Source: a virus. Taken from it: a DNA stretch of 51,544 nucleotides. Position 1 is the stretch's first letter. The number at the start of each line of letters is the position of its first letter. The stretch lies in the IMG/VR virus record IMGVR_UViG_3300011008_000187, one strand, 5' to 3'. Position numbers and translations under genes: made by a program. Below the pieces are notes generated by a model. The model was not told the DNA's origin and searched no databases. It saw only the letters and a program-made list of their open reading frames with translations. This document shows positions 17,008 through 25,882 of this stretch, piece by piece.

Positions 17008-18614
17008 AAATGGGAATGGGCAGACAGACGAGCTTTTTTGATGTGCTTTTCGTGGACAGCTTTGCGGGCGGCGGAGGTGCAAGCACCGGCATTGAAATGG
17101 CTACCGGGCACCCTGTAGATATTGCCATCAATCACGACGAAAGCGCCATTATGATGCACAAACGCAATCACCCGTACACAGAGCATTACAGGGAGGATAT
17201 ATGGCAGGTTGACCCGATCAAGGCGACGCACGGCCAGAAAGTCCGCCTCGCGTGGTTCTCACCTGACTGCAAGCATTTCAGCAGAGCAAAGGGAGCGGCC
17301 CTTGTCGATAAGCACATACGCGGCCTTGCGTGGGTAGTCCTCCGCTGGGCGGGGCTGGTACATCCTGACGTTATCATGCTGGAAAACGTGCCGGAGTTCG
17401 TGACGTGGGGGCCGGTGCGTAAGGGAAAGCCCGTCAAAAGCAAAGCAGGACAGACCTATAAAAAGTGGCACAAGCAGCTTTCCGACCTCGGCTATAAGAT
17501 TGAGAGCCGCGAGCTATGCGCGGCGGATTATGGAGCGCCGACCATCAGAACACGCTTTTGCCTGATTGCCAGACGGGACGGAAAGCCGATTGTCTGGCCG
17601 GAACGGACGCACGCCCCGGCTGGAAGCGAAGAAGTGCGGACGGGAAAATGCAGGCCGTGGAGAATGGCGGCGGAGATTATCAACTGGGGGCTGCCCTGCT
17701 ATTCCATCTTTGAGACAAAAGCAGAAATTAAGGAAAAGTTCGGCGTGAACACAGTGCGGCCATTGAAGCCAAACACGATGCGGCGGATCGCGCGGGGGCT
17801 GGATAAGTTCGTTATCAAGACGGCAAGCCCTTTCATCATGTGCAACAACGCCAACAACGTGCCGCATGGACTGGACGAGCCAATGCCGACCATAACAACG
17901 GGAAACAGAAACTTTCTTGTGGCACCGACGCTCATTCAATACCACTCCGAACAACATGAGCGGGAGGCGCGGGGTCAAATCGTCAACGAGCCGCTGCGGA
18001 CGATTGACGCCGCGAACAGGTACGGGCTGACCGTGGCATTTATGCAGAAGTATTTTTCCGGCGTGGACGGTTCAGACCTGCGGAAGCCGGTGCCGACGAT
18101 TACGGCGGTGGATCACAATTCCCTGACAGCGGTACATATAGCAAAATTCAAAGGCACGGACAAGGGGCAGAGCATCCGGGAGCCATTGCAAACTATCACG
18201 GCGAGCGCCGGAGAATTTGCCTTGATAGAGACAACAATACAAAGGTATGCGGAGCAGCAGGGGCTTAAATACTGGCCCCGCGTGCGCGAAATGCTCAATC
18301 AATACTGCGGCTATACGCTGGCGGATGATGAAATACTGCTGTTCGGAATTGCGGATAGCTGGTATTTCATTGCAGACATCGGACTGCGGATGCTCACGCC
18401 GCGCGAGCTGTACGACGCAATGGGATTTCCCCATGACTACATCATAGACCGAGACGTGACCGGGAGGCCAATCAGCCGAGCGGATCAGGTGGCCCGCTGC
18501 GGGAACGCGGTATGCCCGGCGGTGTCGGAGGCAATGGTGCGGGCGAACCTGCCGGAGTGCGCGAAGAAGAAATACGGGAGCATGGACGAGCTGCACGAGG
18601 CTATGGCGGTATAG
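17004..18614 (+). CDS. DNA (cytosine-5)-methyltransferase
   Basis: Motif I FVDSFAGGGGAS, motif IV SPDCKHFS, motif VI ENVPEF and a C-terminal GNAVCP. Confidence 0.85.
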   Translation: MKMGMGRQTSFFDVLFVDSFAGGGGASTGIEMATGHPVDIAINHDESAIMMHKRNHPYTEHYREDIWQVDPIKATHGQKVRLAWFSPDCKHFSRAKGAALVDKHIRGLAWVVLRWAGLVHPDVIMLENVPEFVTWGPVRKGKPVKSKAGQTYKKWHKQLSDLGYKIESRELCAADYGAPTIRTRFCLIARRDGKPIVWPERTHAPAGSEEVRTGKCRPWRMAAEIINWGLPCYSIFETKAEIKEKFGVNTVRPLKPNTMRRIARGLDKFVIKTASPFIMCNNANNVPHGLDEPMPTITTGNRNFLVAPTLIQYHSEQHEREARGQIVNEPLRTIDAANRYGLTVAFMQKYFSGVDGSDLRKPVPTITAVDHNSLTAVHIAKFKGTDKGQSIREPLQTITASAGEFALIETTIQRYAEQQGLKYWPRVREMLNQYCGYTLADDEILLFGIADSWYFIADIGLRMLTPRELYDAMGFPHDYIIDRDVTGRPISRADQVARCGNAVCPAVSEAMVRANLPECAKKKYGSMDELHEAMAV

Positions 18615-18623
18615 GAGAACAAA

Positions 18624-18833
18624 ATGAAAATCATTGACCTTGTGGGTAGGCTTGAAGCTCTTGAAAAACGAGCGGGCACAGAGGGATGGGGCGGCGAGTA
18701 CCGGGAAGAACTGTTCGATACGATGCTGCACTATTTCAAACTGCATCGGGGCCGCACTTCTGCGGGAGGCCTGATGGCCTTTCTAATCGAGCAATCAGAA
18801 AAATGGTTTTCGGGGAGGAATGGAAATGTCTGA
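18624..18833 (+). CDS. Hypothetical protein
   Basis: RBS TAGGAG. 69 aa. Confidence 0.5.
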   Translation: MKIIDLVGRLEALEKRAGTEGWGGEYREELFDTMLHYFKLHRGRTSAGGLMAFLIEQSEKWFSGRNGNV

Positions 18834-19023
18834 ATTGAAGCCGTGCCCGTTCTGCGGGAATGAGTGGCCGACGATCACACAGAACTATTATTCGGCGGCG
18901 TGGGAAATCCGCTGCCCGCAATGCGACATTGTTTTCCGCCTTGGAGCGGGAGAGAAAGAACGTATCAGGGAGAGGATCGTCAGTGCTTGGAACAGCAGGA
19001 GGATGGTCAATGCTGAAAAGTGA
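18820..19023 (+). CDS. lar: Lar-family restriction alleviation protein (zinc ribbon)
   Basis: LKPCPFCG ... CPQC ... AWNSRR matches the Lar pattern. Confidence 0.65.
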   Translation: MEMSELKPCPFCGNEWPTITQNYYSAAWEIRCPQCDIVFRLGAGEKERIRERIVSAWNSRRMVNAEK

Positions 19024-19324
19024 TGCTATGCAGGAGGTTTCCGAGGCGTTTGCCGCCGCCGGAGTGTCGGCGGAGCAGGCGGCGGATGCCGCGCAGGAGT
19101 TGGCGGACGCGGCGAAAAAGGCGCTGCCGGAGATAAAGCCACCAAAACAGAAGCGTGAGAAGCCCCGGCGGATCGTGGAGCGGTGCGCCTGTGCGATCTG
19201 CCACAGTAGCCGCGTCACGCTCCTGAAACGGGAGGGCGCTTACGTCTGCGGGCCGTGCTACCGCAAACTGCTGACGCTGCGGGCGCTGGAAAAGCAGCAG
19301 CAGAAAGAGCGGGCGGAGATATGA
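19010..19324 (+). CDS. Hypothetical zinc-ribbon protein
   Basis: ATG at 19010 after AGGAGGA. CACAIC...CGPC motif. Confidence 0.5.
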   Translation: MLKSDAMQEVSEAFAAAGVSAEQAADAAQELADAAKKALPEIKPPKQKREKPRRIVERCACAICHSSRVTLLKREGAYVCGPCYRKLLTLRALEKQQQKERAEI

Positions 19325-19497
19325 ACAGAGAGTTTATCACAGCACTTCGGGCGTTGGTATCTGCCGCAAACTCTCTGCGTTATAACCCGGAAATAGAGCC
19401 AAACGACGCGGCAATGTATGAGGTTTACGTTCTCAAAGTGAAAGCGTGGCTTGAAGAACACCCGGAGATCATGGGGGCGTGTGGCAATGGGATATAG
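19321..19497 (+). CDS. Hypothetical protein (58 aa)
   Basis: The ATG overlaps the previous stop (ATATGA). Confidence 0.4.
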   Translation: MNREFITALRALVSAANSLRYNPEIEPNDAAMYEVYVLKVKAWLEEHPEIMGACGNGI

Positions 19498-19571
19498 GCG
19501 CGTGGGCTACCTTGAACAGCTCTTTTATATCCTGAAATACCTCGCCACGCGGCGGAAAGGATGGGCAAAGA

Positions 19572-20354
19572 ATGGGAGACAAAACGAAAATTGAATGGGC
19601 GGAGGCGACGTGGAACCCCGTCACCGGCTGCCTGCATGGGTGCGAATACTGCTACGCCCAGCGGATCGCGGAGCGGTTCAGGGGCGGCTTTGGCGTCGGC
19701 GGCATCCACGACCTGAAAGAACCGTTACGGATCGCGTGGAGAGACAGCGACACGCGGGAGCTTGTCGAGGGCAGAAAAGAGCCGTACCCGTTCGGATTTG
19801 CGCCGACATTCCACCGCTACCGGCTGGACATTCCGGCCCGCTGGACGAAGCCGCGCACAATCTTTGTCTGCTCCATGGCTGACCTGTTCGGGCGCTGGGT
19901 GCCGACAAAGTGGATCATGGACGTGTTCGACGCTTGCAGGGCCGCGCCGCAGCACCGCTATTTATTCCTGACAAAGAACACGGACAGATACATGGAGCTG
20001 GACTATATGGCCCTGCTGCCGCACATGGAAAACTTCTGGTATGGCACCAGCGTGACGAGCAACGCGGCGGCTATTCCCTACCCCGGAAACCTTGAGGGCC
20101 GCATCAATACCTTTTGGAGCATGGAGCCATTGCTTGGCCCGGTCGATATGAGCGAAGCAAAGGGCGTGCCGGGCTGGGTGATCCTTGGGGCGGAAACGGG
20201 AAACCGGCGGGACAAGGTGAGGCCACGCAAGAATTGGATCGACAGCATTGTGACGTTTTGCGACGCGCACGGCGTTCCAGTGCTGATGAAAGACAGTCTG
20301 ATCCCCATTGTGGGAGCGGAGAATATGCGGAGGGATTTTCCGTGGGCAACATGA
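19572..20354 (+). CDS. Phage Gp37/Gp68-family protein (DUF5131, CxxxCxxC)
   Basis: The N-terminus TKIEWAEATWNPVTGCLHGCEYCYA is the family signature. Confidence 0.8.
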   Translation: MGDKTKIEWAEATWNPVTGCLHGCEYCYAQRIAERFRGGFGVGGIHDLKEPLRIAWRDSDTRELVEGRKEPYPFGFAPTFHRYRLDIPARWTKPRTIFVCSMADLFGRWVPTKWIMDVFDACRAAPQHRYLFLTKNTDRYMELDYMALLPHMENFWYGTSVTSNAAAIPYPGNLEGRINTFWSMEPLLGPVDMSEAKGVPGWVILGAETGNRRDKVRPRKNWIDSIVTFCDAHGVPVLMKDSLIPIVGAENMRRDFPWAT

Positions 20355-20950
20355 AAGACAGAATTGATTATCTGGACTATATCGAAGCACAGACAAAGAC
20401 GGACAAAGCCTTGCAGGAGCGGGAGGCGGACTGCGCCGCGCGGGAGGAAAAGTTCATGGCCGTGATGGGCAGGCACGCGCCCGGCACGTTGCTGGTATTC
20501 CTGCGGGAAAGCGGCTTCTTTGACGCGCCCGCCAGCATCAAATACCACGGAGCGCATGACGGCGGCCTGTTTGAACACTCATACGCGGTCATGACGGTGC
20601 TGGCCGATCTGACACAGCGGCTTGATCTCCATTGGGAGCGGGAGCGCAGCCCGTACATCGTCGGGATGTTCCACGATCTTTGCAAGACGGACGATTACCG
20701 GCGCGGCGTCGGCGGCAAGTGGGAGTACAACAAAGCGCCGCTGATGCCGGGGCACGGGGAAAAGTCCGTGATCCTGCTGTCGCAGTTTATCACGCTGACG
20801 GAGGAGGAAATGCTCTGCATCCGCTGGCACATGGGCGCGTTCGATGAAAAAGAGCTGTGGAACCATTACGGGCGGGCCTGCGAGAAATACCCGAATGTGC
20901 TTTACACGCATACGGCGGACATGATCGCGTCGCGGATCATGGGGGTGTAG
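20351..20950 (+). CDS. HD-domain phosphohydrolase
   Basis: H..HS ... FHDLCK ... HG...WHMG pattern. The ATG overlaps the upstream stop. Confidence 0.65.
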   Translation: MKDRIDYLDYIEAQTKTDKALQEREADCAAREEKFMAVMGRHAPGTLLVFLRESGFFDAPASIKYHGAHDGGLFEHSYAVMTVLADLTQRLDLHWERERSPYIVGMFHDLCKTDDYRRGVGGKWEYNKAPLMPGHGEKSVILLSQFITLTEEEMLCIRWHMGAFDEKELWNHYGRACEKYPNVLYTHTADMIASRIMGV

Positions 20951-20953
20951 CGG

Positions 20954-21670
20954 GTGCTGGAATTAAACCGCTGCTACAACATGGATTGCATGGAGGGTAT
21001 GGCGCAATTCCCGGACGGATTTTTCGATCTGGCCGTGGTCGATCCGCCGTATGGCGGAGCGGGCGGAGACTTCAAGCGCAGCGATAAGTCACGGTTCGGC
21101 GGGCGGTTCGATCAGTACAAGCCCGGAAATGCTGCGGGGGGGTACTCTGAAAGCGGCATTTACAGAACCGGCGGCGGATGGGCGAGGCAGTACGCCAAAA
21201 AAATCATTGGCTGGGATCATGCGCCCGGCCCGGAGTATTTCAAAGAGCTTTTCCGAGTGAGCAAGCAGCAAATCATATGGGGCGGGAATTACTTTGACCT
21301 GCCGCCAAACCGCTGCTTTATCGTCTGGAATAAAACGAACATCCCGGAAAACTTCTCAATGGCTATGGCGGAATACGCATGGTGCAGCTTCAACGACAAC
21401 GCAAAGATCGTGGCTTGCAGTTCCGCCAGAAAAGGCGAGTGCTATCACCCAACGCAAAAGCCGGTGGCGCTCTACACATGGATTTTTCAGACCTACGCCA
21501 AGGCGGGCGATAAAATCCTCGACACCCATTTGGGGAGCGGGAGCAGCCGGATTGCGGCATATGAGGCCGCGCTGGATTTCGTGGGCTTTGAGATCGACCC
21601 GGACTATTTCAAGACAGAAGAAGAACGGTTCAGGGAACACACAAGCCAAGTGAGCTTGTTCCATCTATAA
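20954..21670 (+). CDS. DNA N6-adenine/N4-cytosine methyltransferase (beta class)
   Basis: DPPYG motif, HPTQKP, and LDTHLGSGSS AdoMet motif. Confidence 0.85.
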   Translation: MLELNRCYNMDCMEGMAQFPDGFFDLAVVDPPYGGAGGDFKRSDKSRFGGRFDQYKPGNAAGGYSESGIYRTGGGWARQYAKKIIGWDHAPGPEYFKELFRVSKQQIIWGGNYFDLPPNRCFIVWNKTNIPENFSMAMAEYAWCSFNDNAKIVACSSARKGECYHPTQKPVALYTWIFQTYAKAGDKILDTHLGSGSSRIAAYEAALDFVGFEIDPDYFKTEEERFREHTSQVSLFHL

Positions 21671-21689
21671 AAATGCAGGAGGCAAGGGC

Positions 21690-22274
21690 ATGGACAACAG
21701 AGAACCGACAATCGTGAAAGTGCGAGATATGTGTATGCGCGGCGCGTTCCGGGCGTATGCACAGGGCGAGGACGTTTATCTGGAGGACACAAAAACAACC
21801 TGCGTGGTGAAGCTAAACGGAGCGGACGAGCCAGAGCCGGAGCGCCGGGAGCTGATGCCGCCGGACTTCCCCGCCCGCGCACGGGAACACGCCGCCCGGC
21901 AGCAGACGCCGCACGGCGGGAGAACGGCGCGGATGTTCGGCGCGGAGCAGAAACCGCAGCGCAGGGACTTCCGCGACGACGAGGGGCCTTACAAGGGCTT
22001 TCTCATGGTCAAGTGCGAGGAGTGCGGAGCGGTCAAGGCGTTCTGCGCGAAGCGGGAAACCTACGGCTTTAAGTGCGACGAGTGCGGGGCGCAAACGCCG
22101 CTTGAAAAGCTGCGGCCCATGTTCATGCGCTGCAAGTGCGGCAAGGAGTTCCGCTATAAAACCAACCTGACGGACAAGCGCGTGACGCATACCTGCATTT
22201 CCTGTCATGCGCCCGTGGATATGGAGCTGAACCGGCGGGAAACCGCCTATGTGACCATCGAAGAAAGGGGTTAA
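21690..22274 (+). CDS. Hypothetical multi-zinc-ribbon protein
   Basis: Several CxxC pairs (CEECG, CDECG, CKCG, CISC). RBS is GCAGGAGG. Confidence 0.55.
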   Translation: MDNREPTIVKVRDMCMRGAFRAYAQGEDVYLEDTKTTCVVKLNGADEPEPERRELMPPDFPARAREHAARQQTPHGGRTARMFGAEQKPQRRDFRDDEGPYKGFLMVKCEECGAVKAFCAKRETYGFKCDECGAQTPLEKLRPMFMRCKCGKEFRYKTNLTDKRVTHTCISCHAPVDMELNRRETAYVTIEERG

Positions 22275-22278
22275 GGAC

Positions 22279-23475
22279 ATGGCAAAGGTACGCTATACCT
22301 ATTTCGGCCTCGGCATGGCAGCGGAGGGATCGGAGAAGTTCGCGGCGGATCAGGCGGCGGCTTTTCTGGCCTACGCCGAGCGGGACAGCATCAGGAGCGT
22401 GGCGGCGGATGCACCGGCGGAGGTGCCCGTGCCGCTGACGGAGCCGGAGCGGGTGCCCGGCGGAATGGAACACGACGTTGTGGCGATCTACGACAACGCC
22501 GGTATTCCGTCCATCATGCACCGCTTCCGCAGGATCACCGACAAGGAGCTGTTCGGCGGGAGCGACAAGGTACATCCGGCCTTTATCATCGGCGGCGAGG
22601 TCTATGACGAGATTTTTATATCCGTCTATCAGAACACCATGATAAACGGCAAGCCTTACAGCCTGCCCATGGCGGAGCCGGTTTACAACATCACGCAGGA
22701 CGATTTTGCGGAAGCCTGTTTCTCCAAAGGCGAGGGCTGGCATTGCATCACCGCGCCGGAATGGGGCCTACTGGCGGACACCTGCGCCATGCTGGGCACG
22801 ATGCCGCACGGGAACACGAATTGCGGGAAGTGGCACGGAGACGACGCGGAAACGGGCGTGCTGATCGGAGGAGGCCCCAAGACGCTGACCGGGAGCGGCC
22901 CGGCGACGTGGACGCACAACCACAAGCCAACCGGCGTGCATGATCTGTGCAGCAATCTGTATGAGCATTGCCGGGGCGCACGGATCAAGGACGGCGCTTT
23001 GCAGGCGGCGGAGAACAACGACGCCGCGCTGCCGGAAACCGACCTGTCCGAGAACGGCGACGGCTGGCGGCCCATCGTGGACGACACCGGGCGGCCCCTG
23101 TTCGTCTCCGTGGACGGCGGGAAAATCACCATCACGCCGGATCAGGAGATCGAGCGGGACTATAACGGCTGCCGCTGGGCGGACGTGACCGTGGAAAGCG
23201 AGAGCGAACAGCTCAAAGAGCTTGCTTTCTTTGCCGGGGAGCCGGACGCCTATTGCTTCATGGACAGCACCGAGGGCGAGTATGTCCTCTATCGCGGCGG
23301 CAGCTGGGCCGGCGGGGCCGGCAGCGGCGTTTTCTGCGCGGCCTTGGGCAGCCCGCGCTCCTACTCCAACGCGGTCATCGGGGGCCGCTCCGCTTATTTC
23401 AGGAAGCACAGCACACTGAACCCTGACACACTGACCGTCGAGCGGGAGCGAGACGGAAAGGAGGCCGGGGCATGA
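22279..23475 (+). CDS. DGR target protein 2 (paralogue of target 1) with near-C-terminal VR2
   Basis: Central region is paralogous to 8537-9625 (HPAF..GG, ITAPEWG). The C-terminus YRGGSWAGGAGSGVFCAAL..IGGRSA aligns to the TR. Confidence 0.85.
   Translation: MAKVRYTYFGLGMAAEGSEKFAADQAAAFLAYAERDSIRSVAADAPAEVPVPLTEPERVPGGMEHDVVAIYDNAGIPSIMHRFRRITDKELFGGSDKVHPAFIIGGEVYDEIFISVYQNTMINGKPYSLPMAEPVYNITQDDFAEACFSKGEGWHCITAPEWGLLADTCAMLGTMPHGNTNCGKWHGDDAETGVLIGGGPKTLTGSGPATWTHNHKPTGVHDLCSNLYEHCRGARIKDGALQAAENNDAALPETDLSENGDGWRPIVDDTGRPLFVSVDGGKITITPDQEIERDYNGCRWADVTVESESEQLKELAFFAGEPDAYCFMDSTEGEYVLYRGGSWAGGAGSGVFCAALGSPRSYSNAVIGGRSAYFRKHSTLNPDTLTVERERDGKEAGA
23286..23395 (+). repeat. DGR variable repeat VR2 (remote)
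   Basis: 110 nt aligned without gaps to TR 10180-10289. There are 17 mismatches at TR adenines and 3 at non-adenine positions (gcc cgt in TR versus ccg cgc in VR2). Confidence 0.8.
23435..23456 (+). promoter_or_regulatory. Post-VR2 hairpin (counterpart of 9656-9677)
   Basis: ccgtc-gagc-ggga-gcga-gacgg. The T-A pair of the VR1 hairpin is replaced here by C-G. Confidence 0.6.
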
Positions 23476-24131
23476 AGCTGTCAAGATTTGCGAAGCTGGT
23501 CAAGCAGGGCGGGATCGTGTACCTGTGCCACGTCACGGGAAGCGGCATATGGCTGGGCGCACGCACGGGCTTTTACCGGGCGGACGGCCTGCCGGAAACG
23601 GTGGACGAGGCGACGATCCTCACCATTCTGGACTTCGACACCAAGACGCAGGAAAAGATCGTCGTGCGGGAGCTGGATTTTGACAGCGACAGGCAGATGT
23701 TCGGCATGAATTTGAGCGACGACGGCACGCCGGACATCGAAGCCAAAAAGATTTCCGTCGCGGCGGTTTATAAGGGCACCTTTGCCACGGCGCTGCTGTG
23801 CGACGACGGCGAGCTGGTTTTCTATGATGAAGCGCAGCTCTCCCCACTGGCCGATGTGTTCAAGGAAAGCGACTATGTGCGGACGGTGGTGCGTGTCAAC
23901 GACAGCGGCGGCAGATATGTGGTGATCCGAAACGGCTTTGAAACCGTGGCCGGGATCATGCCCATGCGCATTGTCAGCAAGGAATTTTTGGGCGATCTCT
24001 CCGATTTTCAGGCCAGATGCACAGAGCAGTATTTCCGAGAAGAAAGCCGCAAGGCGGCGCTGGCGGCTGTGCAGGCGGCGGAAAGCGGCGAGCAAACGAG
24101 CTTGGAGGATGCGCAAGGAGAAAAGACATGA
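23472..24131 (+). CDS. Hypothetical protein
   Basis: 219 aa. Start overlaps the target 2 stop. Confidence 0.55.
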   Translation: MKLSRFAKLVKQGGIVYLCHVTGSGIWLGARTGFYRADGLPETVDEATILTILDFDTKTQEKIVVRELDFDSDRQMFGMNLSDDGTPDIEAKKISVAAVYKGTFATALLCDDGELVFYDEAQLSPLADVFKESDYVRTVVRVNDSGGRYVVIRNGFETVAGIMPMRIVSKEFLGDLSDFQARCTEQYFREESRKAALAAVQAAESGEQTSLEDAQGEKT

Positions 24132-24406
24132 AACCGATAAACAATGCCCGCATAAAGCAGGCAGGAATATACCTTGCGCGAGCAAAACGGCAACAAGATA
24201 TAGCAAACAGAAATACGAACAAGCTGTTTGAATTTCTTGAAGCCTGCGGGCTGGACGATTTAGAGAAGTTCGGAACCGATGCAGAAAATTCGAGCAATCT
24301 AAAAGAGGCCATATGTTGCTATATCGACTACGGAGAATACTCGGAGGAGGGGCTTCTCGCAGAGATAGGAACAGCATTGGAAATGATGGACGAACAGAGG
24401 GCATGA
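24128..24406 (+). CDS. Hypothetical protein (92 aa)
   Basis: ATGA overlap with the previous gene. Confidence 0.5.
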   Translation: MKPINNARIKQAGIYLARAKRQQDIANRNTNKLFEFLEACGLDDLEKFGTDAENSSNLKEAICCYIDYGEYSEEGLLAEIGTALEMMDEQRA

Positions 24407-24409
24407 ACG

Positions 24410-24754
24410 ATGAAGATTGAGCGAGCTATCGAAATTCTTGATCCAGAACACCGGGAGCCTTACGACGGGCTGGAGGAGGTCAACGAAGCGTGCCGCATGG
24501 GTATGGAAGCCCTGCGGATCATGCGGGCCGTGACGGACAAGACACTGGCGCCGCTGTCCCGTTCCCTGCGGGCGGCGGAGGACATGATGCGCCGGGAAAT
24601 CTACACGCACGGACACCGCGCCGCGATCAGCACGGCGGCGGAGGTGCTGGAACGACTGGAAAAGCTGTGCCATGAGATCGCCGAGGACGCGCCCGGCGAT
24701 AACGTCCTGTACTTTGACGACGCCCGCCGGAGCGGGCTACTGGAGGATGATTGA
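24410..24754 (+). CDS. Hypothetical protein
   Basis: 114 aa, tightly packed between neighbours. Confidence 0.5.
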   Translation: MKIERAIEILDPEHREPYDGLEEVNEACRMGMEALRIMRAVTDKTLAPLSRSLRAAEDMMRREIYTHGHRAAISTAAEVLERLEKLCHEIAEDAPGDNVLYFDDARRSGLLEDD

Positions 24755-24757
24755 GCT

Positions 24758-25360
24758 ATGCAAGCTGCGCTTTTCGCCGTGCGCCCGGGGTGGTGCCGAA
24801 AGATCGCAACGAGAGAAAAGACCATCGAGGTGCGAAAAACCGCGCCGAAGCTGCCGACGCCATATAAGGGCTATTTGTACTGCACAAAGCGCCAAAAGCC
24901 TGCGCTTATCAACCTCCAAAACCTGCCGGAAACGCCGTACATCATCACAGCCGGGGATCATTCGAGGAAATACGAAGTGCCGGATATGGATTGGGCGAGA
25001 CTGTGCAACGGCAAGGTATGGGCGGAGTTCATATGTGACACAGACCTGCCACTGCTGTTTGAGTGCAGCGATCCGGCGGCGCTGGTCACGCATTACGAAG
25101 TGCCGGGCACCTGCCTTTCGGACGTGGAGATCATGGACTACCTCGGCAACGGGAAAGAGGGCCACGGCCTGCATATCTCCGAGTTGACCATCTACGACAA
25201 GCCGCGCGAGCTATCCGAGTTCCGGCGCGTGTGCGTGAACGGGCTGTACTGCGAGAGCTGCGCCATGTACAACGCGCATACAGAAATCTGCGGGAACGCG
25301 GCGCTTTATCTGCGCCGCCCGCCGCAAAGCTGGTGCTACGTCGAGGAAATACGGCCATGA
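24758..25360 (+). CDS. ASCH-domain-like protein
   Basis: The N-terminus ..FAVRPGWCRKIATREKTIEVRK resembles the ASCH beta-barrel start. Confidence 0.45.
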   Translation: MQAALFAVRPGWCRKIATREKTIEVRKTAPKLPTPYKGYLYCTKRQKPALINLQNLPETPYIITAGDHSRKYEVPDMDWARLCNGKVWAEFICDTDLPLLFECSDPAALVTHYEVPGTCLSDVEIMDYLGNGKEGHGLHISELTIYDKPRELSEFRRVCVNGLYCESCAMYNAHTEICGNAALYLRRPPQSWCYVEEIRP

Positions 25361-25557
25361 TCGAGCGGTTTTACAACAACTATACGCCGGTCTGCGACTA
25401 CTGCGGAAAGCGCCTGCCGGGAGAAATGAGCTTCCGGGACGCGCTGCGGGCCATGTGGGATGCCGGATGGGAGAGCAGAGGGCGAGACGGCGAGCGGCTT
25501 TGTGTCTGCAACGACTGTCTTTTTGAAGAAAAAGGGTACGGTAACGGGCCGCAATAG
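25357..25557 (+). CDS. Hypothetical zinc-ribbon protein (66 aa)
   Basis: CDYCG ... CVCNDC. ATGA overlap with the previous gene. Confidence 0.45.
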   Translation: MIERFYNNYTPVCDYCGKRLPGEMSFRDALRAMWDAGWESRGRDGERLCVCNDCLFEEKGYGNGPQ

Positions 25558-25765
25558 CAAAGGAAATAAGCCGGGTTCAGGGGCAAAACGCCCCTGCCCG
25601 GCGCAGCCATCGGAAAAGAAAACGCCGCCAAGCGCGGCGTATGGGCTGGTATATCACTCTTAATTTAAGGGACAAGGGAGCGGGAACCGTGCCCGCACGT
25701 CCATGAAGAAAATCTCTTTCGTTCTCTCTCGGAAAGGGAGAAAGCCGGAAAGAGATAGGGGGTTT

Positions 25766-25838
25766 GGGGGAAAGGGAAAGGTGGCTTTCTCTTTAAGCCC
25801 GCCCGGAGGCGGGCGCTCTTTGGCTTTCCCTTTCCCCC
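25766..25838. promoter_or_regulatory. Large imperfect palindrome upstream of rep (candidate origin / nick-site hairpin)
   Basis: gggggaaagggaaag ... ctttccctttccccc are 15-bp perfect arms enclosing an inner hairpin gcccgcc cgga ggcgggc. Confidence 0.5.
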
Positions 25839-25882
25839 AAGAGGTCACGAGCAGCGGCAAGGTCAATTCAGGGGGTGGAGCT

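Noticed and set aside
25703-25882. N-terminal 60-codon extension of the Rep ORF (track start 25703).
   Set aside because: The extension is translated from the palindromic leader (Gly/Lys/Phe-rich nonsense). A GTG with a GGGGGTGGAG RBS at 25883 fits better.
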